A stretch of DNA of 64,000 nucleotides from positions 1,330 to 65,329 of the IMG/VR virus record IMGVR_UViG_3300044836_000034. One strand, given 5' to 3'. The notes beneath the pieces are model-generated. The model was not told the DNA's origin. It was given only the letters and a program-made list of their open reading frames with translations, and ran no database searches. Source of the DNA: a virus. Lineage: Duplodnaviria > Caudoviricetes. Position numbers and translations under genes: made by a program. This document shows positions 53,914 to 63,239 of the stretch, in pieces (position 1 is the first letter of the stretch; every line of letters begins with the position of its first letter).

Positions 53914-56900
53914 ATGGCAGACGGCGCGACAAAATCTCTTACCATTCTCCTCCGGCTGAACGATCAGCTCTCTGGCCGGCTGGGTAAGAGCGTGTCCGCG
54001 CTGCGCGGCTTCCGCAAAGAGGCCGACGCCGCGCTGAAGTCCTACTCAGCCCTACGCAAAGAGATGGGCCGAGGAGTTTCCGTCTCTAACCTCACGAAGT
54101 TCGACTCGAAGCTGAAGTCGGTGCGAACCGACGCCAAGGGCCTCTCGTCGGACGTGTCGAAGCTCAACACGAACCTCTCGAAGCCTGTCAGCACGTCCGG
54201 CCTCGACGCCGCGGCGAAGTCCGCGCGGGCGTTGAGGACTCAGATTCAGGGAGTCAACTCGGCCATGCCGTCGGCGACGAGGGGGCGCGGCGCGGCGTCG
54301 CAGCCTAGTCGCGGGCGCGGACGCGGACGGGCGCAAGGCTATCAACCAGGCGCTTGGATGGGTGACAGTGACGAGCCGCGCGACTGGCGGCGCGAGTTAC
54401 GCGACCAAGAGCCGCGACGCGGGCGTAGGCGCGAGCGTGAAGGTGGATTCTTGGCGAGGGCCGAAGACCTCAACACCGTTATAGAGACGACGGGGCAGAT
54501 AAAGCATGCCTTCGCGGAAAGAGTTGACAGCCTTGAAAAGTACACTGACGCCTACCTGGAGCTGGCGCAGGCGCAGCAACGCTTCTACGCCCTGAACCTC
54601 AAGCCCGAAGAGAACAAGGAGGCCGCTGCCGCCGTAGCGGAGACGGTTAAGAATCTCAGGGGCATGACCCAAGCTGGCACGTGGGAGATGCTGACCGACG
54701 CGCATACCGGACTCGGCAACCTACACCACGCCATAGAAGCCCTGCCGATGATCAGCAAGTACCGGTTCGGCATGAGCACGCTTCTAGGCGACAAGTTCTC
54801 ACCCGAACAGATAGAGGGGCAGATTCAACAGGGCTTGAAGATGCTCGAAATGATAGGGGCCGTCCGCGCGACCGGCCCGCTTGACGAGCACGGCAAAAAA
54901 CAGTTCATGCCCGCCGACCGCGAGCGCATGGAACGCTACTTCGCCCGCGTCACGCAGATGACCGCCGCGACGGGCGGGCGCGTCACCCCCGCCGAACTGT
55001 ACGCGATGGCCCAGACCGGCGGCACTGCCGTTCAAGGTCTTTCTCTCGAAGGTCTGACGGCTCTCTCGGGCGCTGTGACAGAGATGGGCGGAAGCCGAAC
55101 CGGTACGGCCCTGCAATCGCTCTTTCAGCAAATCGTGGCGGGGCGCGTACAGCAGAAGGGCCTGATGGAGTGGCAGCGGCTGGGGCTCCTCGATACCTCG
55201 AAGGTCGAATACAACAAGAGCGGCATCGTCAAGAGCATGCAGGCGGGAGCAATCCCGATAGCCGACGAACTGCAACAGAACCCTCAGAGCTTCGCGGACA
55301 AGCTCGCGGAGGCCATGCATAAGCACGGCGTTGACACCTCCGACCCGAACGCGGTCATTAAAGAGCTAGGCGCTCTGAAGATGCCGCGCACGGCGATGGA
55401 GATAACCTCCCTGTTCATCAACCAGCGCGACCGGATGATCAAGGAGGCCGGGCTTTCGACGAACGCTAAAGATTACGAGGGGCTGTATTCCCAAGGGCTA
55501 AACGGCCCCATGGGGCCAATGAAAGAGTACGAGGCCCAGCTTACCAACTTCAAGGCCGAAGTCGGAAAGCCTTTACTCGAAATTGCCACAGAGTTCTATA
55601 AGGCGTCGAAGCCGGTACTTACGACCCTCGCGGAATACCCGAAGACGGCGGCGGGCGTCCTCATTTTAGGCAAGAGCATCAGCTTTTTAGCTGAGACTGC
55701 AACCGGACTGAAAAACGCCGGTCAGATGCTCGGCTACTTCAACGGCATTGGCTCCGCGTCGCGCGCGGCGAGCGGCGAGATTGCGGGCGTCGCGGCTCAG
55801 GCCGGAGGGCTTCGCGGCGTACTTTCCAAGCTCAACAACCCCGTAGCTATCAGCATCGGCCTCACGGCGGCGTCCATCTTCACCATCGCTGAAATAGCTG
55901 AGTTGATGAAGTGGATGGAAGAGAAGCGCAAGGCCGACGAGCAGTTAGCTGGGGCGAACAAGGGAAACCTGAGCGGCATCGACAGGGCACGTCAAGAGTT
56001 CGGAGAGCACGGACAAAAAATCCCGAATGAGATCTGGAACGTGCAGGCATCGGGCGCGCTCGCAAAGCTCAACATAGACAACCAACTGAAAGAAGCACTC
56101 GGCGGTTGGACGATGGGTTCGTTCCTTCAGGCCAACAACCCTTTCGCCCCTGACCCTGCATACTCCGGCGGGCCTAACCGTTTCTTTGTGCCGCGCGCGA
56201 CGAAGGAGATACAGACCCGCGCACCGGAGTTGCGCGAGCCGGAAGTCATGGCCCGGGTGCTTCGGTCTATTGAAGGCTGGAAGCTGCCGACTGACCAGCG
56301 TACGCAAATCGACAAGGCTTTGTCGGCTGCCTTCCCTGCCAGTTTCAAAACGGCATCAGAGGCTGTGGCGAACGAACTGGCAAAGGTGAAGCCAGCCGCA
56401 GATCAAGTCAGCGATTCGTTCCTAAGAATGGGCTGGCCTATGGCCGGGTTCATGTCTGGGCTGAACGACGGGCAGAGCGCGGCAGCCGGCTTCGCAGCTC
56501 GCCTCAACGCGATAGAGTTCAAGCCTCCGTCCATATTCGCCTACGCGCCGCCGCCCACTTCTGGAGGTACCGGCAGGAACTCGTTCGGCATCGACCCGCT
56601 GAACCCTTTCCCGCTGACTCCGCCGACGAAGCACAGCGCAATCGGCAGCGTGATCCAAGGCGACGGCGTCGTGAACCTGCACCGCGGGAACGTCGTCTTC
56701 CCGGCGAAGCTCTCGCGCAGGAAGCCGGGCGACTGGCTCGAAACGATCAGGGCCGCTGGGCAGGACGCGGCCTCGTACCAGGGCGGGAGCCTGAGCATTC
56801 ACGCGCCCGTCGAAATAAGCATTGACGGCGCGTCCGAGCCCACAGCGGTCGCGGCGCAGGTGCGCGACGAGCTGCGTGACCATTACGCGCGTCTGGAGGG

Positions 56901-56985
56901 GCTCGTCAACGAGCGTACCGACCGCCGACGCATCGAGCGGATGCTCGGACACCGAAAGTCGATCTACAAGGAGAAAGCCGCCTGA
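53914..56985 (+). CDS. Tape measure protein
   Basis: 1023 aa, A/G-rich helical, follows the chaperones. Confidence 0.88.
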   Translation: MADGATKSLTILLRLNDQLSGRLGKSVSALRGFRKEADAALKSYSALRKEMGRGVSVSNLTKFDSKLKSVRTDAKGLSSDVSKLNTNLSKPVSTSGLDAAAKSARALRTQIQGVNSAMPSATRGRGAASQPSRGRGRGRAQGYQPGAWMGDSDEPRDWRRELRDQEPRRGRRREREGGFLARAEDLNTVIETTGQIKHAFAERVDSLEKYTDAYLELAQAQQRFYALNLKPEENKEAAAAVAETVKNLRGMTQAGTWEMLTDAHTGLGNLHHAIEALPMISKYRFGMSTLLGDKFSPEQIEGQIQQGLKMLEMIGAVRATGPLDEHGKKQFMPADRERMERYFARVTQMTAATGGRVTPAELYAMAQTGGTAVQGLSLEGLTALSGAVTEMGGSRTGTALQSLFQQIVAGRVQQKGLMEWQRLGLLDTSKVEYNKSGIVKSMQAGAIPIADELQQNPQSFADKLAEAMHKHGVDTSDPNAVIKELGALKMPRTAMEITSLFINQRDRMIKEAGLSTNAKDYEGLYSQGLNGPMGPMKEYEAQLTNFKAEVGKPLLEIATEFYKASKPVLTTLAEYPKTAAGVLILGKSISFLAETATGLKNAGQMLGYFNGIGSASRAASGEIAGVAAQAGGLRGVLSKLNNPVAISIGLTAASIFTIAEIAELMKWMEEKRKADEQLAGANKGNLSGIDRARQEFGEHGQKIPNEIWNVQASGALAKLNIDNQLKEALGGWTMGSFLQANNPFAPDPAYSGGPNRFFVPRATKEIQTRAPELREPEVMARVLRSIEGWKLPTDQRTQIDKALSAAFPASFKTASEAVANELAKVKPAADQVSDSFLRMGWPMAGFMSGLNDGQSAAAGFAARLNAIEFKPPSIFAYAPPPTSGGTGRNSFGIDPLNPFPLTPPTKHSAIGSVIQGDGVVNLHRGNVVFPAKLSRRKPGDWLETIRAAGQDAASYQGGSLSIHAPVEISIDGASEPTAVAAQVRDELRDHYARLEGLVNERTDRRRIERMLGHRKSIYKEKAA

Positions 56986-57530
56986 TGCCGCAGCCGACTT
57001 CTCCTTTCGACGATCCTGTATACGCGCTCGTGCTCATCAACCTCGATACGGGCGAGGGTTTCAACTTCAAGGTCTTTCCAGAGACCATCGAGGTCAACGC
57101 CAACGCGCAGTGGAAGCCGCAAGCAATAACGCGCGGCACTCAGCCGCTTCTCTACGGCTCGAACGAGCCCGAGAAGATCAGCTTCAACTGCTGGCTCGAC
57201 CGCTCCGCTGAAGAGGACGGTTCGGTCACGCCGGACATCGCAAAGCTCACGGGCTGGATGAAGCCCGCTGACGGGCGCGGCGCGCCGCCGCCTCTGCTGT
57301 TGTCTTGGGGCGATAGCGAAGTCCGATGCGTGCTCGACGAGCTAAAGGCGACTGAGCGTTACTTCGACTCGACGGGCAAGCCTCGGCGCGCGGAGCTAAA
57401 CGTGACGTTCACGGAGTTGCAGGAGGAGCGAGCGCCGGAGGCGAGAAATCTCGCAGCACCATCCTCACCGCCCTCGCCTGTACCGAGCGGACAGGTGTCA
57501 GGAGGCCGGGTCTTCGGTCCTGAGCCTTGA
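56985..57530 (+). CDS. CIS-tube-like tail tube initiator
   Basis: FPETIEV...ISFNCWLD...PPPLLLSWG...RAELNVTFTE. Confidence 0.75.
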   Translation: MPQPTSPFDDPVYALVLINLDTGEGFNFKVFPETIEVNANAQWKPQAITRGTQPLLYGSNEPEKISFNCWLDRSAEEDGSVTPDIAKLTGWMKPADGRGAPPPLLLSWGDSEVRCVLDELKATERYFDSTGKPRRAELNVTFTELQEERAPEARNLAAPSSPPSPVPSGQVSGGRVFGPEP

Positions 57531-57561
57531 ACAATCAACCTCTCAAAAAGAAGGGAAGCCT

Positions 57562-57855
57562 ATGAGTCAACTGGAAGACGAGATCGGCCCTGAGGCCGAT
57601 ATACCCACGCAGCCGCAGCTCGAATTCAGAGGCGACGGCTTTGAGCAGCGCGGCCTACTCTTCAAGGGCGACCGCCAGCTCTTCACGGACGGCGTGCCGA
57701 CGACGATTCGCCTCCTCCCCGGCGACGCGACGCAGCAGGAGCGAGACGACGCGTTCCGCGAGCTACAGATAGTCGTCGCGGCCATCATCGGCGCGGAGGT
57801 AGCGGTCGAGATGGAGGGGCGCAGGATACCGCCCGTCGAAGGCGCGGAGACGTAG
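57562..57855 (+). CDS. Hypothetical protein
   Basis: 97 aa, RBS present. Confidence 0.5.
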   Translation: MSQLEDEIGPEADIPTQPQLEFRGDGFEQRGLLFKGDRQLFTDGVPTTIRLLPGDATQQERDDAFRELQIVVAAIIGAEVAVEMEGRRIPPVEGAET

Positions 57856-57858
57856 AAA

Positions 57859-58392
57859 TTGGCTCAGGAGATCTTAGCGATGGTGGCGGTCTCGACGCCC
57901 GACGGGTTCACGCTCGGCGCGGGCTCGTCGAAGGTCGCCGCCATCGCTACGAACGACGGGGATACACAATTCATCAACGCCGCACTCAACAACACGGAGC
58001 AGAAGTTTCAGGTGGCCGCCCCGACGCAGATCGGGCCTAACGACGTGATTAACTTCGTGCGGCTCGAATCGGTCACACGCTCCACCTCGACGCTGTCGAG
58101 CTTCCTTACGAAGCTCTTCTACTCGGCGGGCACTTCGACGAGCGCGACGCACACCAACGTGCCAACGGGTTTTACGACCTATACCGACGACTTCACGCTC
58201 GCGCCGGATGGTGGGGCGTGGACGCTGACGAAGCTCCAGAGCCTCTTCGCCTCGTTAAGGCTGGCCGCGAACCGAGACATGCGTGCGACTTACTTCATCG
58301 CGAGGGCTGATTACACACCGCCCGGCTCGCTCAACCGCGAAGACAGACAGGCCAACGGCGGCTTCACGGAGATGACCGGAGGATTTGCGTAA
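57859..58392 (+). CDS. Putative virion beta-sandwich protein
   Basis: S/T-rich, beta-type sequence in the tail region. Confidence 0.45.
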   Translation: MAQEILAMVAVSTPDGFTLGAGSSKVAAIATNDGDTQFINAALNNTEQKFQVAAPTQIGPNDVINFVRLESVTRSTSTLSSFLTKLFYSAGTSTSATHTNVPTGFTTYTDDFTLAPDGGAWTLTKLQSLFASLRLAANRDMRATYFIARADYTPPGSLNREDRQANGGFTEMTGGFA

Positions 58393-60629
58393 TGGCAAAG
58401 CGACTCATAGCTAGAGGCTCGGCCTCCGTAATCCTCGAAGTCTTTATTCGCGACTCCTCTTCGTCGTCCGGCGCGGGGCTTACCGGTCTCGTCTTCAACT
58501 CGGCTGGGCTGACCTGCTACTACCATCGCAACACCGCGGCGGCCGTGGTGGCGGTGACGCTCGTGACGATGACCGTCGGCACGTTCACCTCTTCAGGCTT
58601 CAAGGAAGTGGACGCGACCAACATGCCCGGCGTCTACCAGCTTTGCATCCCCGACGCGGCGTTTGCGAATGGCGCGCAGTCGGTCGCGGTCATCCTCAAG
58701 GGCGCGACCAACATGGTGCCCCTCGCAATCGAGATCGAGCTGTCGAGCTTCGACGTTCAGAACTCGGTCACTCAGACGGGCGACGCATACGCACGGCTCG
58801 GAGCGCCCGCGGGCGCTTCCATCTCGGCCGACGTGGCGACGCTGACGGGGCGATTGACGGCGCAGAGGGCAAGCAACCTCGATGGCCTCGACGTGGCGGT
58901 GAGTTCACGCCTCGCATCATCCGTTTACGTCGCGCCCGACAACGGGGGCATCTCCGCAGTCCGTACCGTGGCCGAGCAGCTCGGCACGATGCTGGAGGAG
59001 ACAGACGTTGAATCCGGAGACTACCGATTCGACGTAGACGCGCTCGCCAACGCGCCGACGACCGGCCTGACGCTCGCCACTTCTGAGCACGCGGCCATCG
59101 CCAGCCAGGTCGAGACACAAATCATTGACGAGACAGACGGCGAGAGAGTCTTGCAGGCCATCACGGACAAGATCGCGGCGGTCAATCCCTCCTTCGAGGA
59201 CCTGACGCTCTCGGCGATAGCCTCCGCGGTGTGGAGTGCGGGCGTGCGGACGCTCACGGGCACTGACGACTCTGCCGGAGTCACGGCGCTGATCACGCGG
59301 CTGACGCCGGCGCGAGCGCTGCTGCTCGACAGCCTCGTCCGCCTCGATGCGAACGTGAAGGACTGCGTGCGCGTGACCTGGCGCGGGCTGGCGGTCGCGC
59401 CATTCACACTCGTGGGCGGACAGGTGAAGCTGGACGCGACGGCGAGCACGGTGGATCAACTCTACCGCGGCCAACTTCTGTACGTGCGCGCCGGTACCGG
59501 CGCGGGCCAGATGCACACCATCTACTCGTACGACGGCGCGAGCCGCACGATGACGCTCGACTACGAGCTGGAGGTGCAACTGGATGCGACGAGCGAGCTT
59601 GAAGTCATTCATTCGCTCGCCATTGACCGCTGGACGAACGGCGCCGTCATGGCGAACGTCGTCTACGGAGACGTGCAGGGCGACGTGGGCGGCTCAGTCA
59701 AGGGCAACGTATGGGGTCGCGTGCGCGGCGGCGCAGTCGCGGCAGGGAACGACTTCGCCGGAGTGGGCGTCGTCGCGGGTGACGAGGAGGGCAATCCTCT
59801 GACCCAATTCGACGCCGCTGTCGTCTGGTCGTATGACACCGAAGAACATCTCCTCGGCGAGCCTGAGGCGAGCGCAAAGAACGTCCTCAAGGTCGTCCGC
59901 GACAAAACCCAAGCGCTGCCAGCGACGCCTGCGGCGACAGGCGATGCCATGTCACTCACGCCCGCCGAGCGCGCAAGCAGCGCGGCTGCGGTGTGGGCTT
60001 ACTCCGTTCGCACGCTCTCCTCGTTCGGCTCGCTAATAGCCGACCTTTGGGATGCAGTCGCAGACTCTCCCGGCGTCACTGCACTCCTCGCGCTCATCAG
60101 CCCGGAGCGCGCGGGAAATCTTGCCAACCTCGACGTGCCCGTGAGTTCGCGCCTGTCTGGCGATGAGTACGAGGCGACCAGCGGCGGCGGCGGCTTCGGC
60201 GAGGATGACCGCGCGGCGCTCCAAGCTGTCAGCGCAAAGGTGGCGACACTCGGAACAGGCCGGGTGCTGGTGCATTCCCCAGTCTCGCCTGACGGGTCGA
60301 GCATTAAGCTCGTGGCGGGTGACGATTACCTCGACTCGGACGGCCGCGCCATCACTGTCGAGCTTGACGCCTGCCCCGACCTGACGGGCGCGACGGTGAA
60401 ACTCTCGGCGCGTAATCGCCTGAGCGCCCAGATCTCCTTCAACGGCTCAGTTCTCACTCCGACCGGGCCGCTGAAGAAGATTATGTTCGAGGTCACGTCA
60501 GACCAGTCGAAGGACTGGGCCCCTGACGTCTACCGGGGTGACATAGAGGCGACGCTGTCGGGCGGGAGCGTTGTGACTCTTAGGTTCGTCGAGGTGACGA
60601 TCCTGCGCGACTACACGAGGCAGGCATAG
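58392..60629 (+). CDS. Putative auxiliary fibre/baseplate protein with internal repeats
   Basis: Repeats RASNLDGLDVAVSSRL / RAGNLANLDVPVSSRL; BppU-like C-terminus. Confidence 0.5.
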   Translation: MAKRLIARGSASVILEVFIRDSSSSSGAGLTGLVFNSAGLTCYYHRNTAAAVVAVTLVTMTVGTFTSSGFKEVDATNMPGVYQLCIPDAAFANGAQSVAVILKGATNMVPLAIEIELSSFDVQNSVTQTGDAYARLGAPAGASISADVATLTGRLTAQRASNLDGLDVAVSSRLASSVYVAPDNGGISAVRTVAEQLGTMLEETDVESGDYRFDVDALANAPTTGLTLATSEHAAIASQVETQIIDETDGERVLQAITDKIAAVNPSFEDLTLSAIASAVWSAGVRTLTGTDDSAGVTALITRLTPARALLLDSLVRLDANVKDCVRVTWRGLAVAPFTLVGGQVKLDATASTVDQLYRGQLLYVRAGTGAGQMHTIYSYDGASRTMTLDYELEVQLDATSELEVIHSLAIDRWTNGAVMANVVYGDVQGDVGGSVKGNVWGRVRGGAVAAGNDFAGVGVVAGDEEGNPLTQFDAAVVWSYDTEEHLLGEPEASAKNVLKVVRDKTQALPATPAATGDAMSLTPAERASSAAAVWAYSVRTLSSFGSLIADLWDAVADSPGVTALLALISPERAGNLANLDVPVSSRLSGDEYEATSGGGGFGEDDRAALQAVSAKVATLGTGRVLVHSPVSPDGSSIKLVAGDDYLDSDGRAITVELDACPDLTGATVKLSARNRLSAQISFNGSVLTPTGPLKKIMFEVTSDQSKDWAPDVYRGDIEATLSGGSVVTLRFVEVTILRDYTRQA

Positions 60630-60630
60630 C

Positions 60631-60882
60631 GTGAGAAGGACGCCGAGCCCATTCGAAAAGTTCTCGATCTACGTCCCGGACGCGGACGCGAACATGCGCA
60701 TCCACACGCTGGTGGCCGGCGAGACGCTGACCTGGCTTGCGGTGAAGTACTACGGGACTGTCGAGCGCTGGCAGCTCATCGCCGACCGCAACAACATCGT
60801 GGACGTGCGCGACCTTGAGCCGGGCGCGCAGCTCATCATCCCTGCGCCGGCGGCGGCAGACACGGAGCTCGAATCTCTATGA
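60631..60882 (+). CDS. LysM-domain baseplate protein
   Basis: GETLTWLAVKYYG...WQLIADRN...LEPGAQLIIP. Confidence 0.88.
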   Translation: MRRTPSPFEKFSIYVPDADANMRIHTLVAGETLTWLAVKYYGTVERWQLIADRNNIVDVRDLEPGAQLIIPAPAAADTELESL

Positions 60883-61940
60883 CCGTCCCGTTCGACGCGC
60901 ACGCGGTTGTCCAGTTCGGTGGGAGGCGCTTCGACTCCTGGACGGACGGCCAGTTCTTTGAATCGCTCGACCTCGAACTCGCGACCGGCGAGTCCTCGGA
61001 GGCGGAGTGGCGCGTCTTTGACCCCGACCCTGAGTTCGCCTTCATCAACTCGATCACGAAGGCGGACGGGGTGGACGAGGTAGACATGAAGGCGTGGCTC
61101 GGCTTCGGCGAGGCCGTCACCGACCAGCGGCCGCTCTTCGAGGGCATCTTGGCGCGCGTCGAGCGCGACTACGGCACGACCGTCTGTAGGGCTTACGACT
61201 ACGGCTTCAGGATGCGGAAGCTTCAGAAGACGGAGATTCACAACGGCGTGACGTTCCTGACGCTTATAGAGAAGCTGGCGCGTCGTAACGGCCTCAAGTT
61301 CAAGGGGCCGGACGAGCCGCCGAAGTTAGAGCGCCACCCGGTCAAGCAGGAGGCAAAGACGGACTGGGCGCTGGCGATGGAGATGGCGGAGCAGGCGGGC
61401 GTCGTCCTTTACGTGCGCGGCATGACGCTGTACGCCCAAGGCCCGGCGAAGACTGCGGCAGACCCGCTCATCACGTTGCGCTTCAAAGAGGACTTCCTGC
61501 TACTCGACGACTTCCGCATGACTTTCAAAGTGCCGGAGAACGTCGAGGGGCGTCCGGCGAAGGTGAAAGTTCACGGCCGCGGTCGCGGTGGGCGCAGGCT
61601 CGAAGGGAAGTCGCAAGTGCATCCGCGGGGGCACGAGCGAGTGCAGATAAAGAACGACCTGCACGTCAGGACGGCGAGGAGCGCGGCAGGGAGAGCCACG
61701 GCGCAGAAGGAGCTGCTTCGGCAGCACGCGTTCACTGGCGAGGTCGGCGTGCTGCCTGCGTACGATGGGCCTCGCGCCGACGTGAGGGACACGGTCGCGC
61801 TCGTAAACCTGCCCGTCCTCTTCAACGGAAAGTACATCTGCGACCGCGTCGCGCACAGGTTCGAGCCGGGCGGCCTGATGATGCAGCTCTCCCTCTACAG
61901 GGACATCGCTGGCGCTGAAGATAAGGCGGCCAAGAAATGA
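60879..61940 (+). CDS. Baseplate hub (late control D / gp44-like)
   Basis: KQEAKTDWALAMEMA; GKYICDRVAHRF. Confidence 0.8.
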   Translation: MTVPFDAHAVVQFGGRRFDSWTDGQFFESLDLELATGESSEAEWRVFDPDPEFAFINSITKADGVDEVDMKAWLGFGEAVTDQRPLFEGILARVERDYGTTVCRAYDYGFRMRKLQKTEIHNGVTFLTLIEKLARRNGLKFKGPDEPPKLERHPVKQEAKTDWALAMEMAEQAGVVLYVRGMTLYAQGPAKTAADPLITLRFKEDFLLLDDFRMTFKVPENVEGRPAKVKVHGRGRGGRRLEGKSQVHPRGHERVQIKNDLHVRTARSAAGRATAQKELLRQHAFTGEVGVLPAYDGPRADVRDTVALVNLPVLFNGKYICDRVAHRFEPGGLMMQLSLYRDIAGAEDKAAKK

Positions 61941-62566
61941 GCAGCATCCTCTACGGCGATGACAAAAGAGAGACACACGAGCAGCGCGCGGACTGGTTCG
62001 CGGGCATCGAGGGGCATGTCGTCAAAGTGGATTCTGAGACGTTCAGCGTGAAGGTGCTCATCGACTCGGTCGACGCCGAGATGTACTACGACGTTTGGGT
62101 GCCGGTGCTGACGCCTTACGCCGGTGGAGACGGCTACGGGATGGCTTTCATGCCCGCGGTCGGCTCCGAGGTCGTTCTGTTTAGCCGCGGCAACGAGGGT
62201 CTGAACCTCTTCGCGATAAGCCGCTTTAACGAGGAGCGCAGGCCGCCGCAGGAGTCGCGCGACGGCTCGCTCGTCATCAAGACGCCGCGCGCATTAAAGC
62301 TCATCGCCGAGCTATTGATCCTGATTCAGAGCGACGAGGTCGTGACGGTGAGGGGCGGCGCGGGCGTGGACTGTGACGCGCCCGACGTGCGGCTTATGAG
62401 CGGCGGAAGCGTCGGCGTCCACGCGCAGGGCTCGGCCGTTGGATTCTTGGGAAAGGGGCCGGTCGGCAGGCAGCACCTTCCTGGGCCTGCGGTCGATCCC
62501 GCTTCCACTATGGCGCTCGCCAACGCGATTCGGCAGGCGCTCATCAACTTCGGACTGTGTGACTGA
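61937..62566 (+). CDS. Baseplate spike (gpV/Gp5 OB fold)
   Basis: GYGMAFMPAVGSEVV. Confidence 0.8.
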   Translation: MSSILYGDDKRETHEQRADWFAGIEGHVVKVDSETFSVKVLIDSVDAEMYYDVWVPVLTPYAGGDGYGMAFMPAVGSEVVLFSRGNEGLNLFAISRFNEERRPPQESRDGSLVIKTPRALKLIAELLILIQSDEVVTVRGGAGVDCDAPDVRLMSGGSVGVHAQGSAVGFLGKGPVGRQHLPGPAVDPASTMALANAIRQALINFGLCD

Positions 62567-62946
62567 TGTTTTCTCTACGCGGCTCATGCCTGGCTTCGCC
62601 TGTAAGGCCCGATGCACGCGGCTCACTGGCCGTCGTGTCGGGCACGGCCGCTCTCGAGCAGGAGTTGATCATTCTCATCGAGACGAGGCCCGGAGAGCGC
62701 ATCCTCGTGCCCGACTTCGGGATCCCGGATTACGCGTTCGCGGTGAAGGGCGCGGGTGCTACGAAGGCCCTGAGCCACCTGCTGCGGCAGCAAGTCTTGA
62801 AGTACGTGCCCGGCATCGAGCGGATAGATGTCACGGACGTTGCTTCTGAAGAACACAGGCTCGTGCTTCGCATCGAGTACACCGAGCGCGGCAGTAACAC
62901 GCCGAACAACCTCGTCTACCCGACGCGGAGATTCGGCGACCTTTAG
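62566..62946 (+). CDS. Baseplate wedge protein GPW/gp25
   Basis: LIETRPGERILVPDFG. Confidence 0.88.
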   Translation: MFSLRGSCLASPVRPDARGSLAVVSGTAALEQELIILIETRPGERILVPDFGIPDYAFAVKGAGATKALSHLLRQQVLKYVPGIERIDVTDVASEEHRLVLRIEYTERGSNTPNNLVYPTRRFGDL

Positions 62947-62960
62947 AGAGGAGAAGAACG

Positions 62961-63236
62961 TTGAGCGAAGACGCCAACAAGCAGAATAACGGACAGCAGG
63001 TGCCGCCGCCTGTCGCATTCCAGCAAGACTACCTAGCCTCCGAGATGTCGTCGAGAGTCTTGGAACTGCGACGAGCGCTCGGGGAAAAGCGCGCCGAGTG
63101 CCTGCGCATCGAAGGCCAGATCGGCGAGGCGCAGTACTGGCTACAACTCATCCAGACGGCACAGCCCGCCCAGCAGCCGACGGGCGACGCGGCCCAGGGA
63201 GGGCCGCAGGCAGAATCGAACGCGAAAGGCGAGTGA
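62961..63236 (+). CDS. Hypothetical coiled-coil protein
   Basis: 91 aa between gp25 and baseplate J. Confidence 0.5.
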   Translation: MSEDANKQNNGQQVPPPVAFQQDYLASEMSSRVLELRRALGEKRAECLRIEGQIGEAQYWLQLIQTAQPAQQPTGDAAQGGPQAESNAKGE

Positions 63237-63239
63237 CGC

